A stretch of 64,000 nucleotides of DNA from the human T2T-CHM13v2.0 reference genome, Homo sapiens, in assembly GCF_009914755.1 (NCBI RefSeq), contig NC_060936.1; one strand, written 5' to 3'. Positions 30,923 to 43,619 of the stretch are shown in pieces. The position numbers and the translations under genes are program-made. The stretch's first letter is position 1, and every line of letters begins with the position of its first letter. Below the pieces are notes generated by a model, which saw only the letters and a list, made by a program, of their open reading frames with translations, was not told where the DNA came from and did not search any database.

Positions 30923-33068
30923 TTGAGAGAAGGCGGAAACCAGCTAAATCGCTCTGGTAAATCAGTCAGTGGTTCCATTGAGTGTTTGCCTCCAAAGCCA
31001 AGCGGGAAAAGAAAGACTAAAATCTAGGGCTGATGGTTTGCTTCAGTCCAAAAGTCTCAGCATCTGAGCATCTCATTCTACTGCCTATGACTCTAGTGTT
31101 TGAAGAATCATAGCTTTTTATAATCTATCCCTTCAATGTAAGCCAACAGCTTCTCCTGGCGTCCAACACAGAGACGGCCATCTGTTCCCATGCTCGTGGG
31201 GACTGTCCGTGGGCAATTTTCCAACAGCCAGTCCATAGGTCTTGAAAGTGGCAACTTCCTGTATCAATTTGGGCCCTGAGAAGACAGGATGACATTCACA
31301 GAAAGTGTAGTGAAAATAATTTAACAAAGGGCCTATTTACAGAAAACCTGGGCAGGATTAGAGAATCAAGGACTGTCAAGCCACCTTCCAGGACCTGGAA
31401 GGTATAGAAAGTCTCTATCATGCTCAGGATCAAGTAGGGGGAAAAGGTATTTGGGAGGTAAGTACCTGGGAAGATGCACTGCCCACCGTAACTGTGGCTG
31501 TGCAGAGCCACTGGCAGGACCCAGGTGAGGCACGAAGGAAATGGGAGAATGAATTAGCCAAGTTCTCTCCTCCACTAGTCAACTGCAGTGTCTGAAAAGC
31601 TGAAGGCCAGGTTCAACATGGAGAGACTGCGTTATTCAGACAATGCTGTTAGCACTCAGTCAGCCCAGCCTGGCCTCACCACGCGGATCTGATTTCCTCT
31701 TGGCTGCATTATTTCAGGCAAGCTGGCTCCAGGTGGAGGCCTTTACGTCCTATCAGCTTAACAACCACAGCAGAAGGCAGGGAGTGGGGAAAGGGAGCTG
31801 GGGGTGGAAAGGAAGAGCGAGATTGATTTTGAGATTAAACCTCTTTCTCACCAGGTTTGGCCAAAGTCCAGGTTTGTATCTCACCAGAGGGACTTGGCCA
31901 TATGTCCCTTTCTGTCACAGTCCCCTGCCTACTGGCTGAGCCTGGAGACTGTGTCCTTCCCCAGAGGTCTGAGTCTAGGTCACTGAATGTCTGGGGGGCG
32001 GGGTGGCTCTTCGCAATTCAGGATGCTGCCAGGAGGACAGTGGTGACAGAGGCTGTGCAGGAAAAATAAAAATAAAAATAAACAAACTTCCACTCAGGTC
32101 CTGCAGATCCACAGCAGCTTGGGTCTCTATATCCATTCGTGTAATTGCTGCACATAAAGCTTATATCCTGGGAATGTGGGGAGACTCTTCATGACGTTTT
32201 CAGAATCCACCTGGATGAATTCCATTTGCATTAGGATTTTTCCCCCAGTGTAGATGGTTTTAATGACTGTCATTCCCCAAACAGGGAATTTGGTATGGTT
32301 TCTGGAACATAACAGCATGCAGTTCTTCACAGATAATATTCAGTCAATGAGTAAATACACTACAAAACATCTTTCTTCCACTCCGTTTATGTTTAGCAGC
32401 CTGAACTAATCAGAAGGAAACTCACTTAAAACAAGAACTGACTTCTTGTGAAGGATCATGAAAGTTTTGAGCATTGCATCAGAATGCAGATATTTAAACT
32501 CCTCTGTCTAACTTGCTTCTCAGGAAAGATTTATAGAATGTAAGATAAGGAGGTTAAGATGACAGTGTTTTTTTTTATTAGACCTAGCCATGCTTAAACC
32601 TTAAATCCAAGATGTTTCTCTTAATATTTTTGCATCCATATAATCCACCTCCTCTATGTGTTAATAAATACTTTCTCTAAGAGGGAAGGTGGGAGGGAGG
32701 AAAAGGAGGGAGAGAATAAGAGAAATTGTGGAAAAAGGTATAATCATGACCCTCATACAGATATAAGATGAACATATTTCAACCATATCAATTAAATCAC
32801 TAATCAATGAGAAAGCCAGCAAGAGGCAATAACTGGTTCACAGGAGAATCTAAAGACACATGGATAAACCACCAGGAATGATGAAATAAATACGCTTAAT
32901 AGGTTAAAAAAATGTCAAAACTAGTCAATATCTATGTAATAATCAACTGACTCTCCTTCAGACAAAAGTTGCATTTTTATGGGCAAGAATAGTTTGCATT
33001 ACTATAAGTATTCTACAATTTACAGAGCTATAAATTAGCTGAAAAACAATGAAAGAGAGAAAGACCAC

Positions 33069-33480
33069 TGATAGGGGTTAGATCTGTGTCCCCACCCAAA
33101 TCTCATGTCAAACTGTGATTCCCAGTGTTGGAGGTGAGGCCCTGTGGGAGGTGACTGCATCATGGGGGCGGGTTCTCACGAATAGGTTAGCACTATCCCC
33201 CTTGATGCTGTTCTCCTGACAGAGTCCTCTTGAGATCTGGTTGTTTAATAGTGTGTAGCACCTCCCCCGTCTCTCTCTGGCTCCTGCTCTGGCCATGTGA
33301 GATGTGCCTGCTTCCTGTTCGCCTTCTGCCATGATTGTAAGTTTCCTGAGGCCTCCCCAGAGGCAGAAGCCGCTATGCTTCCTGTATACCTGCAGAACCA
33401 TGAGCCAACTAAATCTCATTTCTTATAAATTACCCAGTCTCAGGTATTTCTTTATAGCAGTGCAGAAACGAACTAATACA
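33069..33480 (+). mobile_element. MSTA/MSTB MaLR solo LTR
   Basis: tgatagggg...aactaataca; perfect 5-bp TSD accac. Confidence 0.95.
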
Positions 33481-35104
33481 ACCACCACAGAATCAAATAA
33501 CTCAAAATTGCCTAGTTTCCCACCAAAGGTATCCAGTAATCTTTTTTTATCTTTTTCAAAGTCACTCATGATTTTTCCCCAATTCAATTTTTTTTCCTAA
33601 TTCACAATATATAGAATTAAGATAATAACAGCACCTTTCTCGTAAGACTGCTGTGTTGATCAAATAAGAGACAGCAAGCGAAATCCTTAGCCTGCAGCCT
33701 GGCATCTCATAAGCCCCTAATAATTATTACTATTCATGATTACTCTTTTTAACTAAAACCATGATCATGACACCCTTTAGGTGTTTTTTTAGAATTGTCA
33801 TAAACTTTTGAAATTATAACTTCCCAATAACAAAGATGTCTTAAAATATGAACAATTATTTTCTGAGAAAGACAGATGGAAATAAGTATAACTAATCATT
33901 CTGAGAAATCAGAGATAAATTTCACATGGCCGGTTCCTAAAATAGTCTATAAGGTGGAGGGAGAAATCACAAGACAAACTGGCCGGGAGGGTTTGGGACC
34001 AACGTGGTGGAAATTAAGCAGAGATACAGATGCAAATAGAATTCACAAAAAACAAGGACAGATGAGAACAAAGACTGTCAGGAGATCTAAACACTGGTAA
34101 ACCAAATATTTCTATTTCTGGAATCTCTACTACAACAACAGAGCCTGGCTACATTAAATCTACATTCCAACAGGATGAAGTTGTCTAAGGCTCAGGAATA
34201 GAGCACGCATTGAAGTTACTTACCTGGTTCAGGAAGATGTTTCAGTTCTTCACCCCTGGGTAAGACACTTGGGTATAAAGAGTGGGTAGGTAAGTTATAT
34301 AGTGAAAGGTAAAATCAGGAATCAGGCTTGGCAAGTTAGTTGGAGAAGATGATTTCCCTGACCAAGATCTTCCTGAACTTCTCAATAGACCCCCTACCTA
34401 ACTTCACAGTGGAAAAATAGATCATCATAATTGTAATCACCTTGCTTGGGCTCAGAGTCTAAGGCTGATGTGCGTGACTGACTCCTCCCCTGGATTCTGT
34501 GTCCTAATTATTACAAAGCAGCAGCTTGCATCAAGTACTCACATGTTCTTTATCCTAATAATAATAATCACATATTTTACAGCACAATTTGGCAAACTCT
34601 TTACCTAACCAAGCGTGAAAGAGAAAATCATTATGTGTCTACAGATTATTGTCATATATTATTTTATTTAACAACAACATATTTTCCATGAATTAGTTAA
34701 TACAGGGAGACATACAATGCACACATTTTTAGAAATCAAATTTTTAGGGGGAAGTTTGTCTTCTTACTGCTTGATTTCTGGCTGTTCCACAATTTCCATT
34801 TTATTGTCCTGAAAGGCGGTTTCTGTACCCAACAGACAGAAGACGCTTTTTCCAAAATTCATGTAGGTAAAATGCCTGATGAGAAAATGTGAACTCTTTA
34901 TTCAGAATCTAGTGGGAAATTTAACTCAGGCTTGTCATAAAATTGAGTTTAGATATGTGCTGGAAAACTTGGCTAAATGCTATTCAGAATGCATCAAATA
35001 CTGTACCTGGGCTTTACAGTATTTTATTATACACTTAAATATTTGTTAACAGAGTGGATCTCGTGTTACGTGTTTTTACCAGAAGAAAATAAAATTTAAA
35101 AATA

Positions 35105-35420
35105 TATCCATTGTGTGCCTGCTATGTGCCAGTCACCATGCAACTCAGCGGTGGCGAACAACATAGGAAAACTCCTGCTTTTAATTGGGGATTGCCTAAG
35201 TTGGACCACAGTCAAACACACAGGCAATTAAATGGCAGTATGAGCAGTGTTGTGAGAGAGTCAAGAAACTCAGATATTACAGCACAGGCAAAAACCAGAA
35301 TATCCAGGGCGGAAAGATATTCCTTAGAATTTAATCTGAAGTCTCAGGGCAATTCAAAGTAGGCCGAGCAAACGAAGTAGAGGGAGGTCTTCAGGCAGAT
35401 ACAACAGAGAGGTACAGGCA
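35105..35420. mobile_element. L2 fragment
   Basis: gtgcctgctatgtgccag...L2 3' region phrases. Confidence 0.55.
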
Positions 35421-35599
35421 TATACAGCAGATGTTTCACAGGCTGTCACTGCCCATTCCGGTTTGCTCTGGCCAGCTTCTGGCTGACAGTACTCTCAGTT
35501 CTCTGCCTCTCTCCTGCTCCTCTCAAGCTGCTGAGAGCTCCCCACCCACAGGGCAGGCCAGACAAACAGGGGAATTATTGCCTCCCTGCTCCTTCCTAA

Positions 35600-36018
35600 C
35601 CCTCAACCATTGACTTTTTGAGAATCTAATTTCCAACGTTTTTACACCCCTTGACTTCAGTGTGACCTTGCGACTTGCTTTGGTCTACAGAATAAAGTGG
35701 ACTGACAATGCAACCTGAATGCACCCAGGTGTCAGGAGATCTTGAATGTTTCTGCTTCCCCTCTCAGTATTCAGCCTCCAACATGAACCTAAGCCTGGGC
35801 CAGGCCACTCTGGAAACAAGACCATGGGCAGCAGAGCTGGACTTCCCAGCTGAGGTTCTACCATGTCAGCCAACCATTCAGTAAATACCTGCCAGACACG
35901 TGAATGGGCCTCAGGCAAGACCAGAAAAATCATTAAGCTAATCCCAGTCAAGATAGGCAAAACTCAATTTTAGAGTCATTTGTTATACAACATTACTATG
36001 GTGACTGCTAGCTCATAC
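35600..36018 (+). mobile_element. MLT1 LTR fragment
   Basis: gacttgctttggtctacagaat...agtcatttgttatacaacatt...gctcataca. Confidence 0.7.
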
Positions 36019-36304
36019 AAAGCATTTCATGATTTTCATCAGACTTGCTGAATATTTGGTGGTTGTGGCAATGAACTATATGCTGCACATTCTGGAGCCA
36101 ACTATGTGTCCTAATTTTCCTCTCTCTCCACTCATTCTTTCCCCTTCTTGCTGCCCCTATTAAATGACTTCCCTCTCATCTCTTAGCCAATCAGAGAACA
36201 TATTTGGACTATGCATACTTCCCAAATCATATAGATGCTAAAATAACTGACAGTATATGAGGGAGTCAAATATATAGTATACTGTGAAGTATACTGCATG
36301 TTTT

Positions 36305-36475
36305 CATAGAACACACACAATAATAGTTAACACTACTATTACTAATAATAGTTAACACTACTGTTACTAATAATAGTTAACACTACTGTTACTAATAATA
36401 GTTAACACTATTATTACATAGAAGAACACACACAATAATAGTTAACACTACTACTATTACTAACACTACTATTAC
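36305..36475. repeat. 25-bp minisatellite (aataatagttaacactactgttact), about 5 copies
   Basis: Units at 36319, 36344, 36369 and 36394, plus a restart near 36434. Confidence 0.95.
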
Positions 36476-37458
36476 AGAGACTGTGCTTAACATGTGTAGA
36501 AGAAATTGCTCCCATGGCCTCATGCAATGTATTCATGTAGTCTCCAAATAGTTTCCAATATGTTGATTAAAGCAATCCACCTAGCAGCCTTCCTCCATTA
36601 ACAGAACAGTGTATACTTTCAAAATTGATATGCAACTGTTTCTATAAACTGTTCAATAATCCAGACTGCCTTTCTTCCATTGCCCTGAATTGGTTGTTTG
36701 ATCATTTATCTTGGCTAATCTTTAAATGACTGCTTGGTTCGCCTCTCTCATATTTCTAAAGGACTCACGTGGTATTCAGAAGGAGGAAGCCAGCACCATT
36801 CATGTAAGATGTTTATCATCAGTTGGAGCAAATTATGTAGCTGGAATTCATCAGTAAACAATGTTCTTATTCATCCAGAGAAAATCTTAAGCAGCCTGAG
36901 CAAAAATCTTATTTTCTTCTTATACTTCAGTGCGCCTTTTTAACTAGTGACATCAATTAAACTGAGATTTCCCTCTCTGGAGGACTGCTTGGATTTTTGT
37001 TTTGTTTTGTTTTGTTGCAATTTTGGTCTTCAACAGAAGAAAATTCAGTCTCCCATGGTGATTAACGGTGAGATGGTTAACGCTCTCCAAACCCACAGTA
37101 CCTTCCGACCAGCTTTTCCATGTTTATTCTGTTTGGGTTTTTCTTCGGGCTGTGATATACCCTTGAGGACTGAGGAAGAAACTGGTACTTAAACACAGTC
37201 ACCCTAGAAAGGTCTAGAATAAGATGAGGTGGAGCCTCTACTCTCCATTGTTTCATGCCAAGAGTCAGAAATGAGTAGCTCATAGAGGTCATCTGATGTC
37301 ATTTCTTTTTTCCTTTTTGCTGATGCTTCAGAGATCTCACAGGGGATTGGACTGGCTGCTGGTTCTACGGGGAAGTCAAAGAGAACTAAGAAATCCCTCT
37401 TGGTGAGAAATCATGGTAGAAAATAAAGCTATCAACTGAATTTACAATCACATGATCT

Positions 37459-37745
37459 GGCCAGGCGTGTTGGCTCACATCTGTAATCCCAGCACACTGG
37501 GAGACCGAGGCTGTCAGATCACCTGAGATCAGGAGTTTGATATCAGCCTGGCCAACATGGCAGAACTCCGTCTCTATTAAAAATACAAAAATTAGCCAGG
37601 TGTGGTGGCACGTGCCTGTAGTTCCAGCTACTCGGGAGACTCAGGCAAGAGAATAGCTTGAACCTGGGAGGCAGAGATTGCAGTGAGCTGAGGTCGCACC
37701 ACTGCAGCGACTGGGAGAGAGTGTCTAAAAAAAAAAATAATAAAA
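37459..37745 (+). mobile_element. AluS
   Basis: Full Alu with a small 3' deletion. Confidence 0.96.
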
Positions 37746-38328
37746 ATCAGGTGATCCGTACTTCCTGAATTCACCCACATTCTGTGCTCTTTCATGCATG
37801 GCTCTTCCCCATGGGACAATCATACATGCTCAACCTCTTGAACTCAAGAATGTACAAGCTCTTGTCCATAAAACATGAGCCTCAATAACTTTGGTCACTT
37901 TCAGCAGACACTTTTAGAAATAAATTGTGTTTTCCCACATCCTGTTTTTTATCTGGCATGATGCCCAGAAATGATCTAGGTAGTGACTGCACTGTTATCC
38001 TGGGTTCCAGAGAGAAAAAGATGTTAAGTGAAGCCACAGTGATTCACAGTGGACATGCAATAGAAGGGATAATTAAGCTTTTTCTATTGTAAACATTTAA
38101 GATTTGTGGGAAATTTGTTGTACAGCAAAACCTGGCTTATCCTGACTGACAAAATGGATAAACATACAAAGAATGGATAATTTTAATTCTGTCCAGTCAA
38201 CATTTTGTGCTATGAACTCTTTGACCCCTTCTCTTTCCCCAATGCCTTGTGTTCTGCTTCTATGATTTTATGCCTATAGCTGTATCTATCATCTACATAT
38301 GTCATACATATACTTAATATATGTGCAA

Positions 38329-39190
38329 ATAGAGAAATGCAAATCAAAACAGCGAGATATCGTCTCACCGCAGTTAAAATGACTTATACCCAAAAGACAG
38401 CCCATAACAAATGCTGGCAAGGATATAGAGAAAAGAGAAGCCTCTTATACTGTTGGTGGAAATGTAACTTAGTACAACCACTATGGAGAACAGTTTGGAG
38501 GTTCCTCAAAAAGCTAAAAACAGAGCTATCATATGACCCAGCAATCCTACTGCTGGGTATATACCTGAAAGAAAGGAGATCAGTATATTAAAGAGATATC
38601 TGCACTCCCAGTTTGTTGCAGCACTGATAACAAGCTATTTGGAAGCAACCTAAGTGTCCACCAACAGATGAATGGATAAAGACAATGTAGAACTTATAAT
38701 ACACAATGAAGTACTACTTAACCATAAAAAAGAATGAGATGCTGTCATTTGCAACAACACAGATAGAACTGAAGATCATTATGTTAAGTGAAATAAGCCA
38801 GGCACAGAAAGACAAACATTGCATGCTCTCACTTACTTGTGGGATCTAAATATAAAAAACAAACTCATGGACATAGAGAATAGAAGGATGGTTAGCAGAG
38901 GCTGGGAAGGATTGGGGAGTTTTGGGGGAGGTGAGGATGGTTAATAGGTACAAAATAGAAAGAATGAATAAGACCTACCCTTTGATAGCACAACAGGGTG
39001 ACTATACTCAATAACAACTTAATTGTACATTTTTAAATAACTGAAAGAGTATAATTGGATTGTTTGTAATAATACAAAGGATAAACGTTTGAGGGGATTT
39101 CTCCATGCTGTGATTATTATGTATTGCCTGTCTCATGTACCCCATAAATATGTACACCTACTACATACTACAAAAATTTAAAATTTAAAA
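38329..39190 (+). mobile_element. L1 3' end (L1MA/L1PB-like)
   Basis: atgcaaatcaaaac...acaaccactatggagaacagtttggagg...gatagcacaacagggtgactata. Confidence 0.92.
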
Positions 39191-39329
39191 ATTGTATTTG
39201 CAAATACCTACATGCACATATATATGCATGTAGGTATTTGCGATATATATGCGAATACATAGTTGTGTAGATATACAAATAGATATGTGTGTGTATATAT
39301 ATATCAGTGTGTATGTATGTGTAAATGTA

Positions 39330-39418
39330 TTAGGATGGTGCAAAAGCAATTGCAGTTTCTGCCATTAAAAGTAATTAAGAGTAATGGCAAAATTCGCAAT
39401 TATTTTGTGCCACCCTAA
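39330..39418. mobile_element. MADE1 (Hsmar1-derived MITE)
   Basis: ta|ttaggatggtgcaaaagcaattgcagtttctgccatt...aatggcaaaattcgcaattattttgtgccaccctaa|ta; TIRs and TA TSD. Confidence 0.92.
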
Positions 39419-39949
39419 TAAGATACATAGATGTTGACAGCGAGCTAGAGCTATGATGTAGGTGTAGGGGTAACTGTACCACAGTTAGGTGGGTGCATTT
39501 GCAGAAAGATATGGCTGTAAGTAGGTAGACATGCCTTGCTCACTCTGCATCCACAGATCCCATCCACACACCTCATACCTATTGGCTTTCAGTAAATTCT
39601 TATTGAACAAACAGATGAACACTAGACTGCTGGGCTCTACTAGGACCTAGAGCTACTTATGCATATGCATGAGTGGCAGCTTGCTCCAGGAAGGATGCTC
39701 TTCCCTGTTCTTCATTCTTGACACATCGCCTGATGACCCTGGAAATTTATTAATGTTTGATGAATATTTATAAAAACTGCCACTTCAATTAAAATATAAA
39801 ATCCCTGAGCTAAATTAATTGAGGTGAGAAAAAAAAAAAAACAAACCTCACTTGCATCCTAGAAGATAACAAATGAGGAGCAGAGGTTGTCTTTGCACTG
39901 AAGAATTTTCAGAGCCACAGAAAACTCTTCAGCTGTTAAAGATTTAGGG

Positions 39950-40200
39950 AACTTGAAAGCATCGCTAAACCAGCAGGCTTTGAAAACAGTTTCCACCTTG
40001 GCTCGCTTGGCTGAGTCACCAGGGAATAGGACAGGGTTTAAATGAACAGCCTTGCGGGGCCTTGTTAAACAGACTGCCGTTTTTCCAAATGCCACAGGGT
40101 CATCCCATCAGCACCCAGGGAGCCGCCTCTTCCTTTACTCAGTTCCTCTGAAACACCTGGTATGCACAAGGAACCTCATTCTCTGACGTCACGGTATCAC
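39950..40200. promoter_or_regulatory. Candidate enhancer (AP-1 plus full CRE)
   Basis: tgagtca at 40012, tgacgtca at 40184, retained CpGs, no recognisable repeat. Confidence 0.4.
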
Positions 40201-40246
40201 ATCATTTTAGCCCCAGCACAGAACACAACACTTACCACCAACTTAC

Positions 40247-40400
40247 CTCTTCAAACATCTGTTGTTGATGGAGAAACAAGATGCAAGTATTCATAGAGGA
40301 GGGAAGACTGGATGATTTTGGAAGACTTTTTTTTCAATATCCTGTGGCTGTTACGTTGATTGTCTTGGTTAAAATATCTCTCCTTGTTGTAAGAGCTGAA
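40247..40400 (-). ncRNA. Candidate non-coding exon
   Basis: Minus-strand acceptor ctcgttttcacag and consensus donor GAG|gtaagt; stops in all three frames. Confidence 0.25.
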
Positions 40401-40926
40401 CTGTGAAAACGAGTAACTCAGAAAGGAAGACGAACCTGCAGGTGCCGTTGGGACAGATGGGGTGTGGAGCTCAAGATTTCGGAATTGTGTTCTGCAAGAA
40501 ACTAAATCTGTCCTGGTTTGGGACAAATGAAGGGATGTGAGAGCAATCGGTCATAGGCACATTAGGAACAAGAGGAATTCTGTCAGATCCTTTTCAAACA
40601 GAAGCTACTGTTTCCTCTGAAGGGAATTTCAACAACATTTCTAAAGCGTCCGGTTTATTCTGTCTGGACAGCGCAGAGCTCTAAGCCAAGGCTCAGTTAC
40701 AGAAATCAGCTCCCCAAAGCACATACTAGGCACTAGGGGAAGGCGCTGAGTTTTAAACAGAGATTTCCACAAAAGGAGAATTAGTTCCCACAGAGCCAAT
40801 TCAAGACTCAACATAGTCAAGACCACAGGCGTGAGGAAATTCTGTCCTGACGATTGGTCACCGCGTCTACATATACAAATAAAAGCAGCAATTACACCTT
40901 TTCTTCGGGGATGATGAACAAGTCTA

Positions 40927-40932
<6 letters not shown>

Positions 40933-40959
<27 letters not shown>

Positions 40960-41242
40960 TTTGTTTTTGTTTCTTGGTTTTTTTTAGACAGAGTCTCACT
41001 CTGTTGCCTAGCTCACTGCAACCCCTGCCTCCCAGGTTCAAGCAATTCTCCTGCCTCAGCCTCCTGAGTAGCTGGGATTACAGGTGCCTACCACCATGCC
41101 TGACTGATTTTTGTATTTGAGTAGAGACAGGGTTTCACCATGTTGGCCAGGCTGCTCTTAAACCCCTGACCTCAGGTGATCCGCCCACCTCGGCCTCCCA
41201 AAATGCTGGGATTACAGGCCTGAGCCACCACCACATCAGGCC
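40933..41242 (-). mobile_element. AluS with (TG)n at the tail and an internal deletion
   Basis: ctgttgcctagctcactgc lacks about 25 bp of consensus. Confidence 0.95.
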
Positions 41243-41304
41243 CAATCTAACTTTAAAGCTCAGAGTGACTGCTCACAAATAGGGTGAACAATTGGGTTTA
41301 CTAG

Positions 41305-41438
41305 TAAGGTGACCATATATTCCAGTTTATTTGGTACAGTTGCATTTTAGGGGCCTGTTTTCCTGATATAATAATAAGAGTGACTCCTTTTGCTTTCAAA
41401 GAGTCCTGGTCTGGACCATAAATTATATGTTCACTCTA
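41305..41438. mobile_element. MER94 (hAT-Blackjack MITE)
   Basis: TIRs taaggtgaccatat ... atatgttcactcta, about 134 bp. Confidence 0.8.
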
Positions 41439-41454
41439 CTTATGTGCCAATTCT

Positions 41455-42056
41455 GTTTTTTTTTTTTATTTCAACTTTTATTTTAGATACAGGGGGCACA
41501 TGTGCAGACTTGTTACATGGGAATATACATGTGTGATACTGAGCTTTGGAGGATACATTCCATCATGCAGGTAGTGAACATTGTACCTGATAAGTAGTTT
41601 TTTAACTCACTGCCCTCTCCCTCTACCCTCTAGCAATCCACAGTGTCTGTTGTTCACATATTTATGCCCATGTGTGCTCAATGTTTAGCTCCAACTTATA
41701 AGTGAGAACACGCAGTATTTGGTTTTCTGTTCCTGAGTTAATTTGCTTAGAATTATGGCTTCCAGCTCCATCCAGCCACTGTGAAAAGCATTCTGGAGAT
41801 TTCTTAAAGAGCTTAAAACAGACCTACCATCCAATTGAGCCTTCCCATTACTGGGTATATACCCAAAAGAAAATAAGCCATTCCTCCAAAAAGACACATG
41901 CATTCCCATGTTCACTGCTGTGTTATTCACAATGGCAGAGACGTGGAATCAACCCATGTGCCCATCAGTGCTAGACGGAATAAAGAAAATGTGGTACATA
42001 TATACTGTGGAATACCATGCAGCCATAAAAAAGAATGAACGCTTGCTCTTTGCAAC
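41455..42056 (-). mobile_element. L1PA (older) 3' end with twin-priming 5' inversion
   Basis: 41455-41772 antisense 3' end, 41773-42056 sense upstream segment; approximate TSD aattctgtttt/aattcagcttt. Confidence 0.9.
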
Positions 42057-43619
42057 TAATTCAGCTTTTAAAAAGGGGAAAGGGGAGAGGAAATAGAGTC
42101 ACTGTGAACCATCTTTGGTGCTGCCTGACAGCCACATGTTCTGTAGCTTTCTAAGGATTCTCTAAACTACAAAGGTTTCCATTACCACTGCCCATTAGGA
42201 AACATTGAGCTTGAGTTTGGCAGGTGTGTTTCCTAGCTCTAAGCAATGTAAAGGGGAGTTGAGGAAAACAAGTTACCCCCATTTTCCTCAAACTCCAGCT
42301 GTTACAGTCATAATTTTGGCCTTATCCCTGTACCTCCTTAAACCACTTTTATAAATTTTGCAATATTTATAAAATACCTGTCCTATTCATGAAATATTTT
42401 TTCAATAGATCCACATTAATTGATTAGTTTTCAAGATATTTTATATTATATTATGAATAGAAAATTAGAATTGCTTGTCATAAACCAAAGTTAAGAGGAC
42501 CATCAAGCCAGGGAAAATGTGGTGACATTATTAAATCACATCCTGAGACTGATCCATGTCAATGGTTCTTGAAATGAGACAGGCTGTAGTCCTGATAAAA
42601 GTGGGATTATAAAGTACTCAAGTGATGTTAGCAATAATCTTCCTAATGTTAAACTGTTTTAATACTCTGCACTGAAAAAGCAGTGGGAACCACTGTATGA
42701 TTCAATGTCATTGAATAACATAATCATGGACCAATAATTACCTCAAATAAAACCAGTGATTATGACCTAGGCTTCGGGTAACACTGAGTTAGGCTACCCT
42801 AGTCTTAAATATTGAAATCTACAAATAAGTGTCTTGCTGAGTACTTTTATAATTTAAATGAAATAAGAAAAGCTCAATTGCTAGCGTAGTGTGTGGTACC
42901 TAATAGGTGCAATGTAAGTGTTAATAATTGCAATAAAAATCATCATTGTGATTGTAAAAGAGGGTTTGAGAGGGCTGAGCCATGTTTCTAGTCTAGATTC
43001 CATAGAGGAAACCAGTATGATCTTACAAGGTGAACTGTCCATTTGTGTTTCATTTCTTTCTTTGTAAAATTCAGATGGTTAGAGGAGCAATTGCCAATCT
43101 TTGCTCCCAAGCCTAGAGTTAATCAAATGTGCAGCAACGTCTGGTTTGGGGTGGGGGCTTTGAGCTGACTACATCCAGGCCTCCCTTGTCATTCTCATCA
43201 GAGCATTTCTGCATTTAGTGATTTCATAGAGGAGGGAAGTATGCCCAAGAAGTTGCTCGACAAAGAACATTTCAAGTCCCTTTCATGTCTTCAAGCTCTA
43301 GTGGGCCAAGGTGTTAAGAGGGCCATGCCTGAGGCTCCTGGTTTCCTGCTTGCCTCCTCTCTCATAGCTTCTCACCCAAAGCAACCCAGAACTCTTGGCA
43401 GAGTGATCTGTAGGGGACATGGGGTGTGCAGAACTGGACTGGGCCATTTAAGTTTTCCCATTCAGTAACTTTTAGAAGTGACACATTCAGAGGAGCCTCA
43501 TTCCATTTCCACAAAGTGAGATTTTATGACTTAAGGTTTAGTGAAATGCAGGAATGGGGGTGCCCACCTCAGTCAGCCATAAGGCAGTATCATCTATGAA
43601 GTCATGTCCACAGCTATGG

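Noticed and set aside
36319-36475. Short repeats that could resemble a CRISPR array
   Set aside because: Head-to-tail units with no unique spacers, in primate DNA.
38337-38591. ORF resembling the L1 ORF2 C-terminus
   Set aside because: Decayed, 5'-truncated L1 fragment, not a functional CDS.
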